Below, piece by piece: positions 10,271 through 19,953 of a DNA stretch of 64,000 nt. A model generated the notes under the pieces. That model was not told the DNA's origin. It searched no databases and saw only the letters and a program-made list of their open reading frames with translations. Location of the stretch: positions 4,992,001 through 5,056,000 of the forward strand of contig CBDCNP010000002.1 of NCBI GenBank assembly GCA_965219415.1, given 5' to 3'. Source of the DNA: Candidatus Marinacidobacterales bacterium. GTDB taxonomy: Bacteria; Acidobacteriota; Vicinamibacteria; Marinacidobacterales; DATDRI01. Both the position numbers and the translations under genes were made by a program. Position 1 is the first letter of the stretch, and every line of letters begins with the position of its first letter.

Positions 10271-11706
10271 GAGTCAAGCCCATTCTTAGTTGAAACTCTC
10301 CACGGCTCACGTTTGAGCGACCTTCTTCTTCGATACGGTTGATGTCTTCGCCTCGATCTTCAGTTCCCGCTTGAGAGCTTCGCGAAACTTGGGAAGATGG
10401 CGGTAGCCCACCACCTTCCTCAAGCGCGGTTCGATGTCTACGAGCGCCGTTGCCAACCAGCGCTGGCGTTGGCTCGAGTTCTTCCAGTGGTCGACCTTCG
10501 CGCAGCGTTCCTCGACGAGAGCATTGACGGACTCAAGGCAGTTCGTCGTCTTGAACGAACGGCCCAGCACCGCGTGCACGCCGAGTCGATGCAACGTCAG
10601 CGTCTCCTCGAGGCCTTCCTCCAGGCTGCCAGCTGCGGATTGGTTCCGCTCTTCTAACTCACCGTGGAGTTGCTCGAGCGCAGTGAGGGCCTCTTCGTAC
10701 TCCGGCCTGTTGTAGGCCCACTGGAGCCGCTTGCGCCATGACGCCTGCTCGCCCTTGGACAGGTAGCTCACTACGTTTTCACGTTTGTGCCACTGGCAGC
10801 GTTGTATCAGGGCCCGCTTACGGAATGCCTTCTTGACTGCCGCTTGGAGACCCTTGCCGCCGTCGATGATCACCAGCAGACCCTGGGAGATATCGAGTCC
10901 CCGCTCGAGCAGTGAACGCAGGAACGGCGTCAACACCTGCGCGTTCTCCGTGTCCGTCTCCACGAAGCCCAAGAAGCGTTTTTCCCCGCAAAGCGTGATG
11001 CCCAGAGCCACGACCATCGTTGCCTCGGCGAATGTCTTCCCATCCAGAAACAGCGCCACCACATCCTCGCCGGTCAGATCCCGTTCCTGCATCTCCCGCA
11101 GCTTCGCAGCGCTCGCTTGCACGAACCCTCGGGACACCGTTGAGCTCGACAGCCCGATGGCGCCCGGAATCGCTTCCGCTGCCGCCTCGTAGTTGCGACA
11201 AGAGATTCCGTAGAGAACTCGTTTCAGCAGAAGATCATTCACCTCACCGCCGTGGCTCACCGCCTCGTAGCAGCGAAGCGGAATCTCTCCTCCCTCGATG
11301 CTCCGAACCCGTGGCACACGGATCGGTACCCGCTGGCCGCCAAGCCCTACCGTGCCCGGGTTGCTTCCGGGACGGCGACCGCGCTCCAGCTCGTCCTTGC
11401 GAGAGTATCGCTCTCCCGCCAACGCCTTCACTTCGTCGTCGAGCAACTCGTGAACGTGCATTAGACCAAGGGGGACCAACCAACGGATCATCTCTACCTT
11501 GGCGTCCAGCGCGAGTTCCCCGTAATCCTCGTGCCTCACCATCTCGACCTCACCCAAACGACGCGACTTCTTGCGTTTCTTGACCGAACGTAGCAGACTT
11601 CCCATCTCGGCTCCTTTCTTCGCGGCTTGATTTTGTTTTGTCCAACGCCCATCAAACCACGGGGTTTGGAGCCGTTTCAATTCCCAACTAAGATTGGCAC
11701 ACTTTC
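10271..11706 (-). mobile_element. IS256-family insertion sequence
   Basis: IRs sharing the core CC(A)(A/T)TCTTAGTTG. Perfect 8-bp target duplication CATGTGTT at 10263-10270 and 11707-11714. Confidence 0.93.
10307..11605 (-). CDS. IS256-family (Mutator-type) transposase
   Basis: LFLDGK, IIDGGKGL, QRCQWHK, TTNCLESVN. ATG at 11605 with an AGAAAGGA RBS. Confidence 0.92.
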   Translation of the reverse strand: MGSLLRSVKKRKKSRRLGEVEMVRHEDYGELALDAKVEMIRWLVPLGLMHVHELLDDEVKALAGERYSRKDELERGRRPGSNPGTVGLGGQRVPIRVPRVRSIEGGEIPLRCYEAVSHGGEVNDLLLKRVLYGISCRNYEAAAEAIPGAIGLSSSTVSRGFVQASAAKLREMQERDLTGEDVVALFLDGKTFAEATMVVALGITLCGEKRFLGFVETDTENAQVLTPFLRSLLERGLDISQGLLVIIDGGKGLQAAVKKAFRKRALIQRCQWHKRENVVSYLSKGEQASWRKRLQWAYNRPEYEEALTALEQLHGELEERNQSAAGSLEEGLEETLTLHRLGVHAVLGRSFKTTNCLESVNALVEERCAKVDHWKNSSQRQRWLATALVDIEPRLRKVVGYRHLPKFREALKRELKIEAKTSTVSKKKVAQT

Positions 11707-11840
11707 CATGTGTTCACTGGAACTGACTAGATAATTCGTAAATATTAGTCAATGACAGAAGGATGTTACGCTTGACACGGGAAAGGTCGAGACGTTACGC
11801 TTTAGCCGTTAGGGGGAGTGTAAAATTGGAACCTGAAGCC

Positions 11841-13037
11841 ATGCTGTCCTCAATCCGCCACTTCGTATCTCGTAGCCCAGCGTTTGCGATCGCGCGCCGC
11901 GTTTTAGGTACGTATCGCCGTCAGAAGTACGAACGTAAGATTGCTCGATTCCTGCGTGAACGCACCGGCCTCGCCGACCGACTTCCTCAGGGCGCCGTGT
12001 ACGAAGGCACCATGCGGTGCAATTTGCATTGTGGTTTTTGCTGGGTTGGAGACCTCCTCAACTTGGAGGGTGAGTGGCGCGAAGAATTGCCGCTCGACGC
12101 ACTTCGCTCCGCGTTCCCAGACAAGGTAGGATTTCAGATAAACCTGACGGGTGGAGAGATCTTCATGCGAAAGGACATTTTTGACGTCCTCGATCTCTTT
12201 AAAGGTAAGGGATATTCCTGCGGTTACATCACAACAAACGGCACGATCATCGATGACGAGAGAGCGGATGCGCTTGCAGCACTTGCGCAGTCCGGATTCC
12301 TTAAACACGTCAGCGTCTCCGTCGATGGCCCGAAGGACATTCACGACGAGGCACGCGGCGTTAAAGGTACATTCGAGCGAACCGCAGCCGGACTCCGCCG
12401 GCTCCAAGAAGCGATTAAACGTAACGGTGGTGCACGTTTGCCAATTAGCATTAACACCACGGTCACACAGGAAGGACTTGGCGCACTCGATGAGATGGTC
12501 GACGTAGCCGAAGAACTAGGTGTCGACGCAATTGGGCTTAATCACCTGATGTACAGCACACCCGAAGAGGTCAACGAAACACTACGTCTTCTCGGTGAGG
12601 ACGACCCCGCTGTGATCCAAACCTATGTAACACCAGACCCCGGTCTACGCCCAGAGTCTGTGCGACAGAAGGTGTTATCGCTTGCGGATAAATGTCAGCA
12701 CGCCAACATTCGGTTCGGAGCTCGCCCGCAAATATCTGATGACGTCCTCGATCAGTATTATGAACCTGGTGGGCGCGTCGAGGGACGCTGCCTTTATCCG
12801 TTCCTCAATGCGCGCGTATCCTTCAGTGGCAAGGTGTACTTTTGCCCAATGATCAGAGTTGAAGTAGGCGACCTCACAAAGAACTCAATGGAGGAGATTT
12901 GGAACAGCGAACGCTACGTCGAACTGAGGCGACGTCTTCTCGACAACACACTGTTTCCCGTATGCCAGCGCTGCTGTAAGGTAGAGCTTTCCCCAGAGCG
13001 TGCCATCCAACCGGACACCTTGCAGATAGAGAGTTAG
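11841..13037 (+). CDS. Radical SAM protein with SPASM/twitch domain
   Basis: CNLHCGFC, LTGGE, TTNG, SVDGP, and C-terminal C..PF...GKVYFC...C..CC. Confidence 0.9.
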   Translation: MLSSIRHFVSRSPAFAIARRVLGTYRRQKYERKIARFLRERTGLADRLPQGAVYEGTMRCNLHCGFCWVGDLLNLEGEWREELPLDALRSAFPDKVGFQINLTGGEIFMRKDIFDVLDLFKGKGYSCGYITTNGTIIDDERADALAALAQSGFLKHVSVSVDGPKDIHDEARGVKGTFERTAAGLRRLQEAIKRNGGARLPISINTTVTQEGLGALDEMVDVAEELGVDAIGLNHLMYSTPEEVNETLRLLGEDDPAVIQTYVTPDPGLRPESVRQKVLSLADKCQHANIRFGARPQISDDVLDQYYEPGGRVEGRCLYPFLNARVSFSGKVYFCPMIRVEVGDLTKNSMEEIWNSERYVELRRRLLDNTLFPVCQRCCKVELSPERAIQPDTLQIES

Positions 13038-13375
13038 TCATTTCTATCCCGAGGAACAATCCGCGGGAGGGCTATAGGAGGCAGCGGGGCTTCGGGGCGA
13101 CAGTGAACTCGGATGGTAGGTCGAAGCTACCTCGGCTGCTCGATCGTCGACGCGCCGTCACATTGTTCCGGAAGCTCGTCGAGGAGCAACTCCGCGTTGC
13201 GGCGAACGCCGACGGGGTAGGTTGTTGCAGTGCGATTCCCGGCGGGCAGGCTGAGGCTTTCAATTCGTTGTGCAGCGTCGACTCTGGCCGCCCAACGCGC
13301 GTGGTGCTTGCGCTGTTTGCTGTTGGTGTTGTGTACGTATCCCTTTGCAAAAAAAGGCGCTTACGCTCCATTTTG

Positions 13376-14577
13376 GGTGCTTCCGCCGTCAAGTGTTGCT
13401 ACGCGGCTGCGGGCAGTGGTACAGGTGCGGAAGAGAGCGGGTTGCGCGCCCCAGTGAGCAGGAAAACCTCGATCCGCAACCACAAAGGAATCGTCGTCGC
13501 AAAGAAGATGTCTCGAAAGGTGAGCCGTCGCGTGGTGAGACCGGCTTGCATAGCCGGAGTTCGGATCTCACGTCCGAACTTCAGAGCTCCGGTGCGGTCG
13601 GACGAAGTTGTAATAGCAACGGAGCAACTCCAGGTGCTCATCGAGCCTCTCCGTCGAGCGAGCGTGGGAAAGCGTTCGTCTCGAAAGGTATGCCGAGCTT
13701 TGCCGGATGGTCAGATTCAACCGCTCGATGAACGACGTGTTCAATGTCGAAGAGTCCTCGGAGTTATTGAGCGCGTCTTCGAATCGCCACGCGGCTCCGT
13801 GCAGCACTCTCCGTTCGACCTTGATGATGCGATCGTTCCTGCGCGTCTTGAGGACCTGGCCATAAAGACACGCTGGCCCGAAGAAGCGACGGATGACCTT
13901 CTGGTAGAATTCGAATCCATCCGTGACGATCAAGGGAAGACGCTCGAAATTCATCCGCCTCGAAAGGTCGCGAAACAGAGCGTGAGTGTTCCCGGTGGCT
14001 TCGCCTTCCCGTCACCGTCGATGGCCAGAGCCGAGACCAGACCTCGATTGTAACGAAGACCCAACTCGGCGTCTTCTTGTTGCCCACGAACGTGCGAATC
14101 TCGTCGGCTTGAAGCTCTTTGGCAGCGAAGCCAGCGATCCTTCTGTGATTGAATCGACGACACACTTGGGCTGCCTTCTCGAGCCAGCGGGCGACGGTGT
14201 TCCAGGCAATCCCTTTGATCCGGGAAATCGAGGAAATGCTGACACCCTCGACTCTGAGAGCAATGACCCCATCGAAAGTAGCTCTTCGATGTTGGAGACG
14301 GTAGTAGGGCGTGCCTTTCGTCGAAGAGAACGTCTTTCCGCACTCGCCGCACCGGTATCGACGGCGTTTCCCGGACCTCGTTCTGTAGAATCCGTTGTGA
14401 ATAATGCTTCTGGAACCGACTTTTCCATACGACGGACATGCGGGATTGAGACATCTGCGATTCTTCACTTCGGCTCGGCCCTTACGATGAGAGAACTGTG
14501 TCTTCAGAATTCTGGTTCAAACCCTAGCACGCGAACGGGTTACGCGGCAGCCACCAACACTTCATGGCGGAAGCACC
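13376..14577 (-). mobile_element. IS1-family element, transposase split by two frameshifts (13399-14468)
   Basis: 23-bp IRs GGTGCTTCCGCC(G/A)T(C/G)AAGTGTTG. Zn-ribbon CLNPAC...RYRCGECGKTF, HTH, QADEIRTFVGNK, VTDG, IERLNLTIR, YNFVRPH. Confidence 0.88.
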
Positions 14578-14886
14578 GAAAACTTACCGACTGTCCCTGA
14601 CTGGCTCTAGTTTGCTGCTCAATGTATTCGTTCTGCTGCGAGACAAGTTGATTCTGCCACCACAGCAGGTACCCTTGCCAGTCGCGAGAGCGAGCCCCTC
14701 TACGTTCATAAGACGCCTGTTGCATCGTCGGGCCGACCGATACGGACCAGCCGATCGTGGCAGGTCTAAACCGCGCAATCAACGCTGGATCGACTTTTTG
14801 CGGAGCACAGGCCCTCGAGGCGGGCCGATGGTTGAACGCGCACACGACCCACCAACAAGAGATCGGGTTCTGGTTCCGTCGCGGCG

Positions 14887-17610
14887 CTAGGCGGACTTCG
14901 CGGGGCTCTTTTTGCCGCGGGCCGTCTGTCCGCGCAGCTGCTGGATGTTCTTCTCGATGCGTTCCGCAAGCTCGCGCTCGTGCTGCAGAGTCTGCAACGT
15001 CCCCTGCGCTTCTCGCATCACGAACTCGAGACGAGCGATCCGTTCGCCCACGTCGTCGATGACCGCCTTCTGTTCGCCGACCATCTCGAGATTCACCCGC
15101 ACGTCCTCAAGGAGGTGGGCGATCTGGTTCGTCTTGGCCTGCACATCGGTGACGACGGCGTGCCGTCCCTCGATCGACGCGATCTTCTGCTCGGTGTCGC
15201 GGGCCATCGACAGGAGGCTCTGCACCCGCGCGCGCACAGCCGCCACCTCGTCGCGATGCGCGGCGACGTACTCCAGGTCGGCCTTGCTTCGGGCGCTCAC
15301 CTCGTGCACCCCCTCCACCTGGGTCCGCACCGCGGCGACGATCGCGTCGCGGTCGGCCAGGGCCTTGATTTTCTCCTCGACGGCCTGCTGCTGGCCGGCG
15401 AGACTGCCCAGCCGCGCCTCGACCGCCCCGACGCGCTTCTCGGCAAACGCCAGCTGCGACCGGCGCTGCTCCAACGACGCGTACATCGTCTCAACGCGTT
15501 TGAGCTGATCCTCCGCGGCTTTGGTCTGCGACACCGCGTCGCGCTGGCTGGCCTGCACGCGCGCCAGCTCGCCCACCAGCTCGTCTCTCGCCGTCCCCGC
15601 CCGTGCCAGCTGCTCGTTGAGCGACTGGATCTGCGTGAGGCGCTCCTCGGTCTCGGCGGTCAGGCTCCGGCTCGACTCGACCAGCGCGCCGAGCCGCGCC
15701 TCCTGCGAGTCGAGCGCGGCAGCGTCCTGCTGGACGGCCGTCACCTGCGCCTGCGTCTTCCCCAGGTGATCCTGCAGGATGGCGACGCGGTTCTCCATCG
15801 GCAGCACCTTCGCCTGCAGCGCCGCCACGGCCTCGACTTTCTGGTGCGCCTCCAACATCTGAGCCACGACGGCGTCGCACTGGGCCTGCAAGGTGTCGAG
15901 CTCGGTGCGGCGCGCGAGCTGCTCCGCGAGCTTGCCGTCAATGTCGACGGTGAGCGTGTGCAGCGCATCGACCCGCCCGTCGAGCTTGTCGAGGAACTGC
16001 ACGCGCGCGCCCACGCGGGTGGCCTGGGCGTCGAGCTCGCCCACCACCTCGCCGAGCTTGACCGCCTGCCGGGTGCCCTCCTCGGCCTGCGCCAACTTGC
16101 CCAGCACGGTGTCGAGGCGCGCCTCGATCTCGGGCGTCCGCGCCTTGAACTCACTGATCCGGCCGATGAAGCCTTCGAGCGCCGACCGGTCCGCCCCCAT
16201 CTGGTCACGCAGCCGTACGGCCTCGGCGTGCGACTTGTGGAAGTCCTGGATGTCGACCCGCAGGCGGTCGAGATCGTTCCGCGTCTGCTTCAAGCCCTCG
16301 AACTGCGTTGTCGTCTGCTTCGACAGCGCATCGACCTCCGTCAGCCGCTCGCCGAGCGACTCCAGATCGGCCTGCTTGGTGGAGAGCTCCCCCGCCCGGG
16401 CCAGCAAGCCCTCGAACGCCTTGCTCAGACCATCGACGCGCTGGCCGAGCGGCGCCAGGTGCCGCTCGCGGGCGCTCAGCGCCTTGATCCGGCTCTCGGC
16501 CTCGCCCACCGACGACTGCAGCACACCCACCCGCTGCTGATAGACCTCGAGGCTCTTGTTCTCCTGCCCGACCCGATCGAGCGCGGCGCGCATCTGATCC
16601 ACCAGCGCCCGCCAGTCCTTCTTGAATCGCGCGGCCTCGCGGGCCATCTCGTCCCGCACCTTGGCGGCGCCCTCCGCCCGGGCGGTCACGTCCTCGACGA
16701 GCTTTTCGACGCGCGTCACCACCTTCTCGCCGCGGGCGGCTTTCTTGAGCCCTTCGTTCAGCTTGCCGATCTGCACGTCCATCGCCCAGACCATCTCGTT
16801 GAGCCGGTTCGCCTCCACCGTGGCCCGGTCGATCGTGTGTTTCTGGCTCTCCAGCGCTTTGGCCTTCTGCGTGACATGCTCGGCCAGCGCGTTGAGCGCG
16901 GTGAGCTTGTCCTCGGTCGTCTCACTCCGATTCTGGAGTTGCATCAGCGGGCCGAGCCGGCTCTCGATGTCCTTCACCGCGGCCGTCGCCACGGAGGCAT
17001 CCTCGCGCGCCGCGCGGGTCGTGTCCCGCAGCTTCGCGTAGTCCTGGCCGAGCTGTCCCGCGGTGCCACGCACCTGCTCGATCTCGCCACGAAGCCCCCC
17101 GGCCGCCTCGATCGCCTGGCATGTCTCGGCCTTCGACTGGGCGATCTGTTTGCGCAGATCTTCGAGCACGGCCCGTTCGTGCGCCAGCGCCTCGACGCTC
17201 GCCCGCGTCTCCAGCGTCTGCGAGGAAAGGTGCTGCACCTGCTGGCGGTGCTTCTGGAGGTCGCCGTCGGGCGCCATCAGCTTCTCGGCAACCTCCTGCG
17301 CCGCCCCGGCCGTCTGCAGCATCGCCTCGACGCGTTGTTCCACCTCGTCGAACGCCTTGGTCCGGGCCTCGAGGCCGTCGATACGCGACAGCACCTCACC
17401 GAGCCGCTCGCCGATCGAATTCGCCTTCTGGTCGACCGCCTTAAGCGACTTGCCGACCTGGCCCAGCTTCGAGCTGCGCGTCGAGACCTGGGTGAGCATG
17501 GCACTGAGCGCTCCCCGCTCCTCCCGCGCCGTCTCGATCAGCTTGTGGAGATCCTCCACCTGGCGCTGCGCCTTTCCGCCCCCGCCGATCCATTTGAATG
17601 CGTCCATCAT
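14887..17610 (-). CDS. 907-aa all-coiled-coil hypothetical protein
   Basis: Continuous heptad pattern rich in L/E/Q/A/R, no Walker motifs, no TM helix. RBS AAGGA. Very high GC. Confidence 0.8.
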   Translation of the reverse strand: MMDAFKWIGGGGKAQRQVEDLHKLIETAREERGALSAMLTQVSTRSSKLGQVGKSLKAVDQKANSIGERLGEVLSRIDGLEARTKAFDEVEQRVEAMLQTAGAAQEVAEKLMAPDGDLQKHRQQVQHLSSQTLETRASVEALAHERAVLEDLRKQIAQSKAETCQAIEAAGGLRGEIEQVRGTAGQLGQDYAKLRDTTRAAREDASVATAAVKDIESRLGPLMQLQNRSETTEDKLTALNALAEHVTQKAKALESQKHTIDRATVEANRLNEMVWAMDVQIGKLNEGLKKAARGEKVVTRVEKLVEDVTARAEGAAKVRDEMAREAARFKKDWRALVDQMRAALDRVGQENKSLEVYQQRVGVLQSSVGEAESRIKALSARERHLAPLGQRVDGLSKAFEGLLARAGELSTKQADLESLGERLTEVDALSKQTTTQFEGLKQTRNDLDRLRVDIQDFHKSHAEAVRLRDQMGADRSALEGFIGRISEFKARTPEIEARLDTVLGKLAQAEEGTRQAVKLGEVVGELDAQATRVGARVQFLDKLDGRVDALHTLTVDIDGKLAEQLARRTELDTLQAQCDAVVAQMLEAHQKVEAVAALQAKVLPMENRVAILQDHLGKTQAQVTAVQQDAAALDSQEARLGALVESSRSLTAETEERLTQIQSLNEQLARAGTARDELVGELARVQASQRDAVSQTKAAEDQLKRVETMYASLEQRRSQLAFAEKRVGAVEARLGSLAGQQQAVEEKIKALADRDAIVAAVRTQVEGVHEVSARSKADLEYVAAHRDEVAAVRARVQSLLSMARDTEQKIASIEGRHAVVTDVQAKTNQIAHLLEDVRVNLEMVGEQKAVIDDVGERIARLEFVMREAQGTLQTLQHERELAERIEKNIQQLRGQTARGKKSPAKSA

Positions 17611-17762
17611 GTGGTCCTTGCCTTAGTGTCTGAGCCCTGTGAGTTGTGAAGAATAGCGTACCTGTCGCCTCCCCTATCGGGGGCAGGGCCGGGTCGCAAC
17701 GACCCAGCCACACGCGGCCTCCCTGTTCGGGGCGGTTTATTACTAATATATTCTATCTCTCC

Positions 17763-17768
17763 TGTCAA
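17763..17768 (-). promoter_or_regulatory. Perfect -35 box TTGACA of the putative promoter of the coiled-coil gene
   Basis: Minus-strand TTGACA followed by an AT-rich -10 region (TATATTAGTAAT) in an otherwise GC-rich context. Confidence 0.5.
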
Positions 17769-17770
17769 TC

Positions 17771-17810
17771 CGGCGCGTGGGTCTTGAGTTCGTTTGTGTT
17801 TTTGGACACG
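17771..17810. repeat. 40-bp sequence, inverted copy of 2451-2490
   Basis: TCTTGAGTTCGTTTGTGTTTTTGGACA is an exact 27-bp match in inverted orientation. Confidence 0.85.
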
Positions 17811-18100
17811 ACGCGCATGCGGGGACCTATCGCGAGGGGCGGCACGGGATCGAACTGGTCGCCGAACAAACGATCAGTGTCTCGCCCGAGAAGACACCGC
17901 CGTTCTCAGAGCTGGGTAGAACGGAGCACAAGCTATCGGTGGAGCGTCTGGGGGAAACCCTGGTGATCACGTTCGGCAGCGGAACGGAGCAGACCTTCAG
18001 GCGGCTCGGAGACGCCGAGCGTGAAGGAGACTCCTACGCTCTGGAAGTTCTGCGCTGGGCGGAAGCTCAGGCAACGAAGGTGTCCTACCGGCGCGACGCT

Positions 18101-19185
18101 GCCTTGGTGCACAACTCCGATAGAGGCCGAGAGCTCGCTTGGCCCCGACTCCCATCATCCGATCATCTCGCTATCAGGCATCCCGAGCGCCGTCATGGTG
18201 TTGAGAATCTTGCACCCGATCCTTGCCTCACCTCTCTGTGCCGCCAACCCTCTCGCTCGCATCGCTGAGCCCACGATAGCCTTGTAGCGATGGAACGTTG
18301 TCTCGACTTTGCTCCGTTTGCTGTAGCCCGATTCTGTGTGCCACTTTCGTTTGCCGAGCCGAGCTTGTGCTGCAATGTTGCGATTGCGCTGTCGGCTGCT
18401 CGCCGGCCCCGATGCGAGCAGGGCGCCCTTGCGCGGCGGTATCAGCACCCTCGGCGAGCGATGAGCGCTGTGATTCTCGATTGCCTCATAGACGCCGCCG
18501 GCGTCGTATGCGGTGTCAGCTCTGGCCGATGAGATGGGACTGTCGATCTGTCCGACAAGCGATGCAACCCGCGATGAATCGCGGGCTCTTTTGCTCGTCA
18601 GCTCGCCGGCGACGACTTCGCCACTCTGCTCGTCGACACACAGATGGAGCTTGCGATAGTCCCTGCTCTTTTGTGCTCTGCGCAGCTGGCCGGCGTGGAC
18701 AGCGAGACCGCTGCTGTCGATCAAGATGTGCAACGGCGTCTTCTGCTTGACTGGGTAGAAGGGGACCTTACCCAGCTTCGGCTTGCGCCTCGAGATCGTG
18801 GTGTGATCGGGCACATCATTGTCTAGCTTCATCAGAGCGAACAACGACCGCAGCAATCCCTCGCTCTGCCTAGATGACAGATGAAACACCATGCCCAGGG
18901 TGACAGCCGTCTCGATGGCGTGGTTCGAGTACTTGCGTTGACGGCCCGGTTTCCTCCTCCTTGGCCGGGGCGCGTCCCAGTTCACAAGCTTGCCGGCGGT
19001 GAGCGAGATCCAGACGGTCAGGCTCCCGCGGTTGCGTAGACCCGCCTCATATTCACGCCAATTCCTCACGCGATAGGCCTTCTTCACATACTGCCGCTGA
19101 GTGCGTTTGAAAATGCTCATGGGGAACCTCGTATCCGCGAGTACAGGACAATTGTGGACCGAGATCGAGAGTTGTGCACCAAGGC
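18101..19185 (-). mobile_element. IS5-family (IS903-like) element, copy 1, transposase 18155-19120
   Basis: IRs GCCTTGGTGCACAACTC. Protein has NW.EY..GL..RGSLT, PDHTTISRR, IDSSG, RKLHL, ADTAYD, SKVET. No target duplication seen. Confidence 0.93.
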
Positions 19186-19620
19186 ATCAAACTGGTAGAT
19201 TTCGGTATCGCCAAGGCGGCTATCAAGGCTCCCTCCACGGACAGCGGTTCCCTTAGAGGTAAGCTTCTCTACATGTCGCCCGAGCAGGCATGGGGGCGAG
19301 TCATGGACAAGCGGTCCGACATTTTCTCATTGAGCGCTGTCTTCTTCGAAATGCTGACCGGGCGCAGCCTATTCATGGGAACTTCGGAGATGAGCATTTT
19401 GGAAAGAGTAAGGGAGGCCAAGTTCCTGACACCTTCCTCGTTCAACCCCGCGATTCCCATCGAGCTGGAAGCGGTGACCGCCCGCGCACTCAAGAAGGAT
19501 CCGGACGATCGTTACCAGGACGGTTCCGAGATGTTGCGGGACCTAGACGCCTATTTGCGCCGCCGACCGGCGGTGGGAAGCGCCGAACTGGCAGCTCGCG
19601 TAGCGGAGCTCTTCTGTTAG
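19186..19620 (+). pseudogene. C-terminal fragment of a Hanks-type Ser/Thr protein kinase, truncated by IS5
   Basis: IKLVDFGIAK, GKLLYMSPEQ, SDIFSL, EMLTG, ALKKDPDDRY. Subdomains I-VI are missing. Confidence 0.85.
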
Positions 19621-19695
19621 TCCGACACAACCAGAGATGGGAGCCGAGACCGAAACTAATCTGCGTCGCGTAGGAAGGAGCCGAGTGTAGCAAAG

Positions 19696-19941
19696 ATGCC
19701 GCTTACCGACGAAGAGGAACGCACTTACCGCCAGACCCTCGAAGTGGCGCAGCGTCAACTCGAGGAGATCGACGAGAACATCGAGCGCGAGCTCGAGCAA
19801 GTGAAAGAACGCTTTGCGGGGCTTCAGGAAAAACGCAAGGCGGCCCTCCAGATGTATGACGCGGCCTGTACGATGCTCGGCATCGAGAACGAGTTCGAAC
19901 ACTACGAAGAAGAAGGCTCGGACCAAGAGCCGCAAATCTAA
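19696..19941 (+). CDS. Small acidic coiled-coil hypothetical protein
   Basis: GGAAGGAG upstream, natural composition, leads the ABC operon. Confidence 0.7.
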   Translation: MPLTDEEERTYRQTLEVAQRQLEEIDENIERELEQVKERFAGLQEKRKAALQMYDAACTMLGIENEFEHYEEEGSDQEPQI

Positions 19942-19953
19942 GCACGAAGGCAG

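Noticed and set aside
13072-13375. Possible type IV pilin (PilE-like) C-terminal remnant cut by IS1
   Set aside because: Only a vague resemblance (TYTT, paired Cys) and no N-terminal pilin motif.
13103-14600. Long plus-strand ORFs (316 aa and 204 aa)
   Set aside because: Mostly antisense to the IS1 transposase and crossing the IS boundaries.
14578-14880. Fragment WQNQLVSQQNEYIEQQ resembling pentapeptide-repeat membrane proteins
   Set aside because: Too short and degenerate to call.
14980-17649. 889-aa plus-strand ORF
   Set aside because: Antisense shadow of the GC-rich coiled-coil gene, with unnatural L/R/H-rich composition.
2453-17808. Tn7/Mu-like transposon bounded by TGT...ACA
   Set aside because: No 5-bp target duplication, no repeated transposase-binding sites, no tns genes, and similarity continues outside the TGT. 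Kept only as an unexplained repeat.
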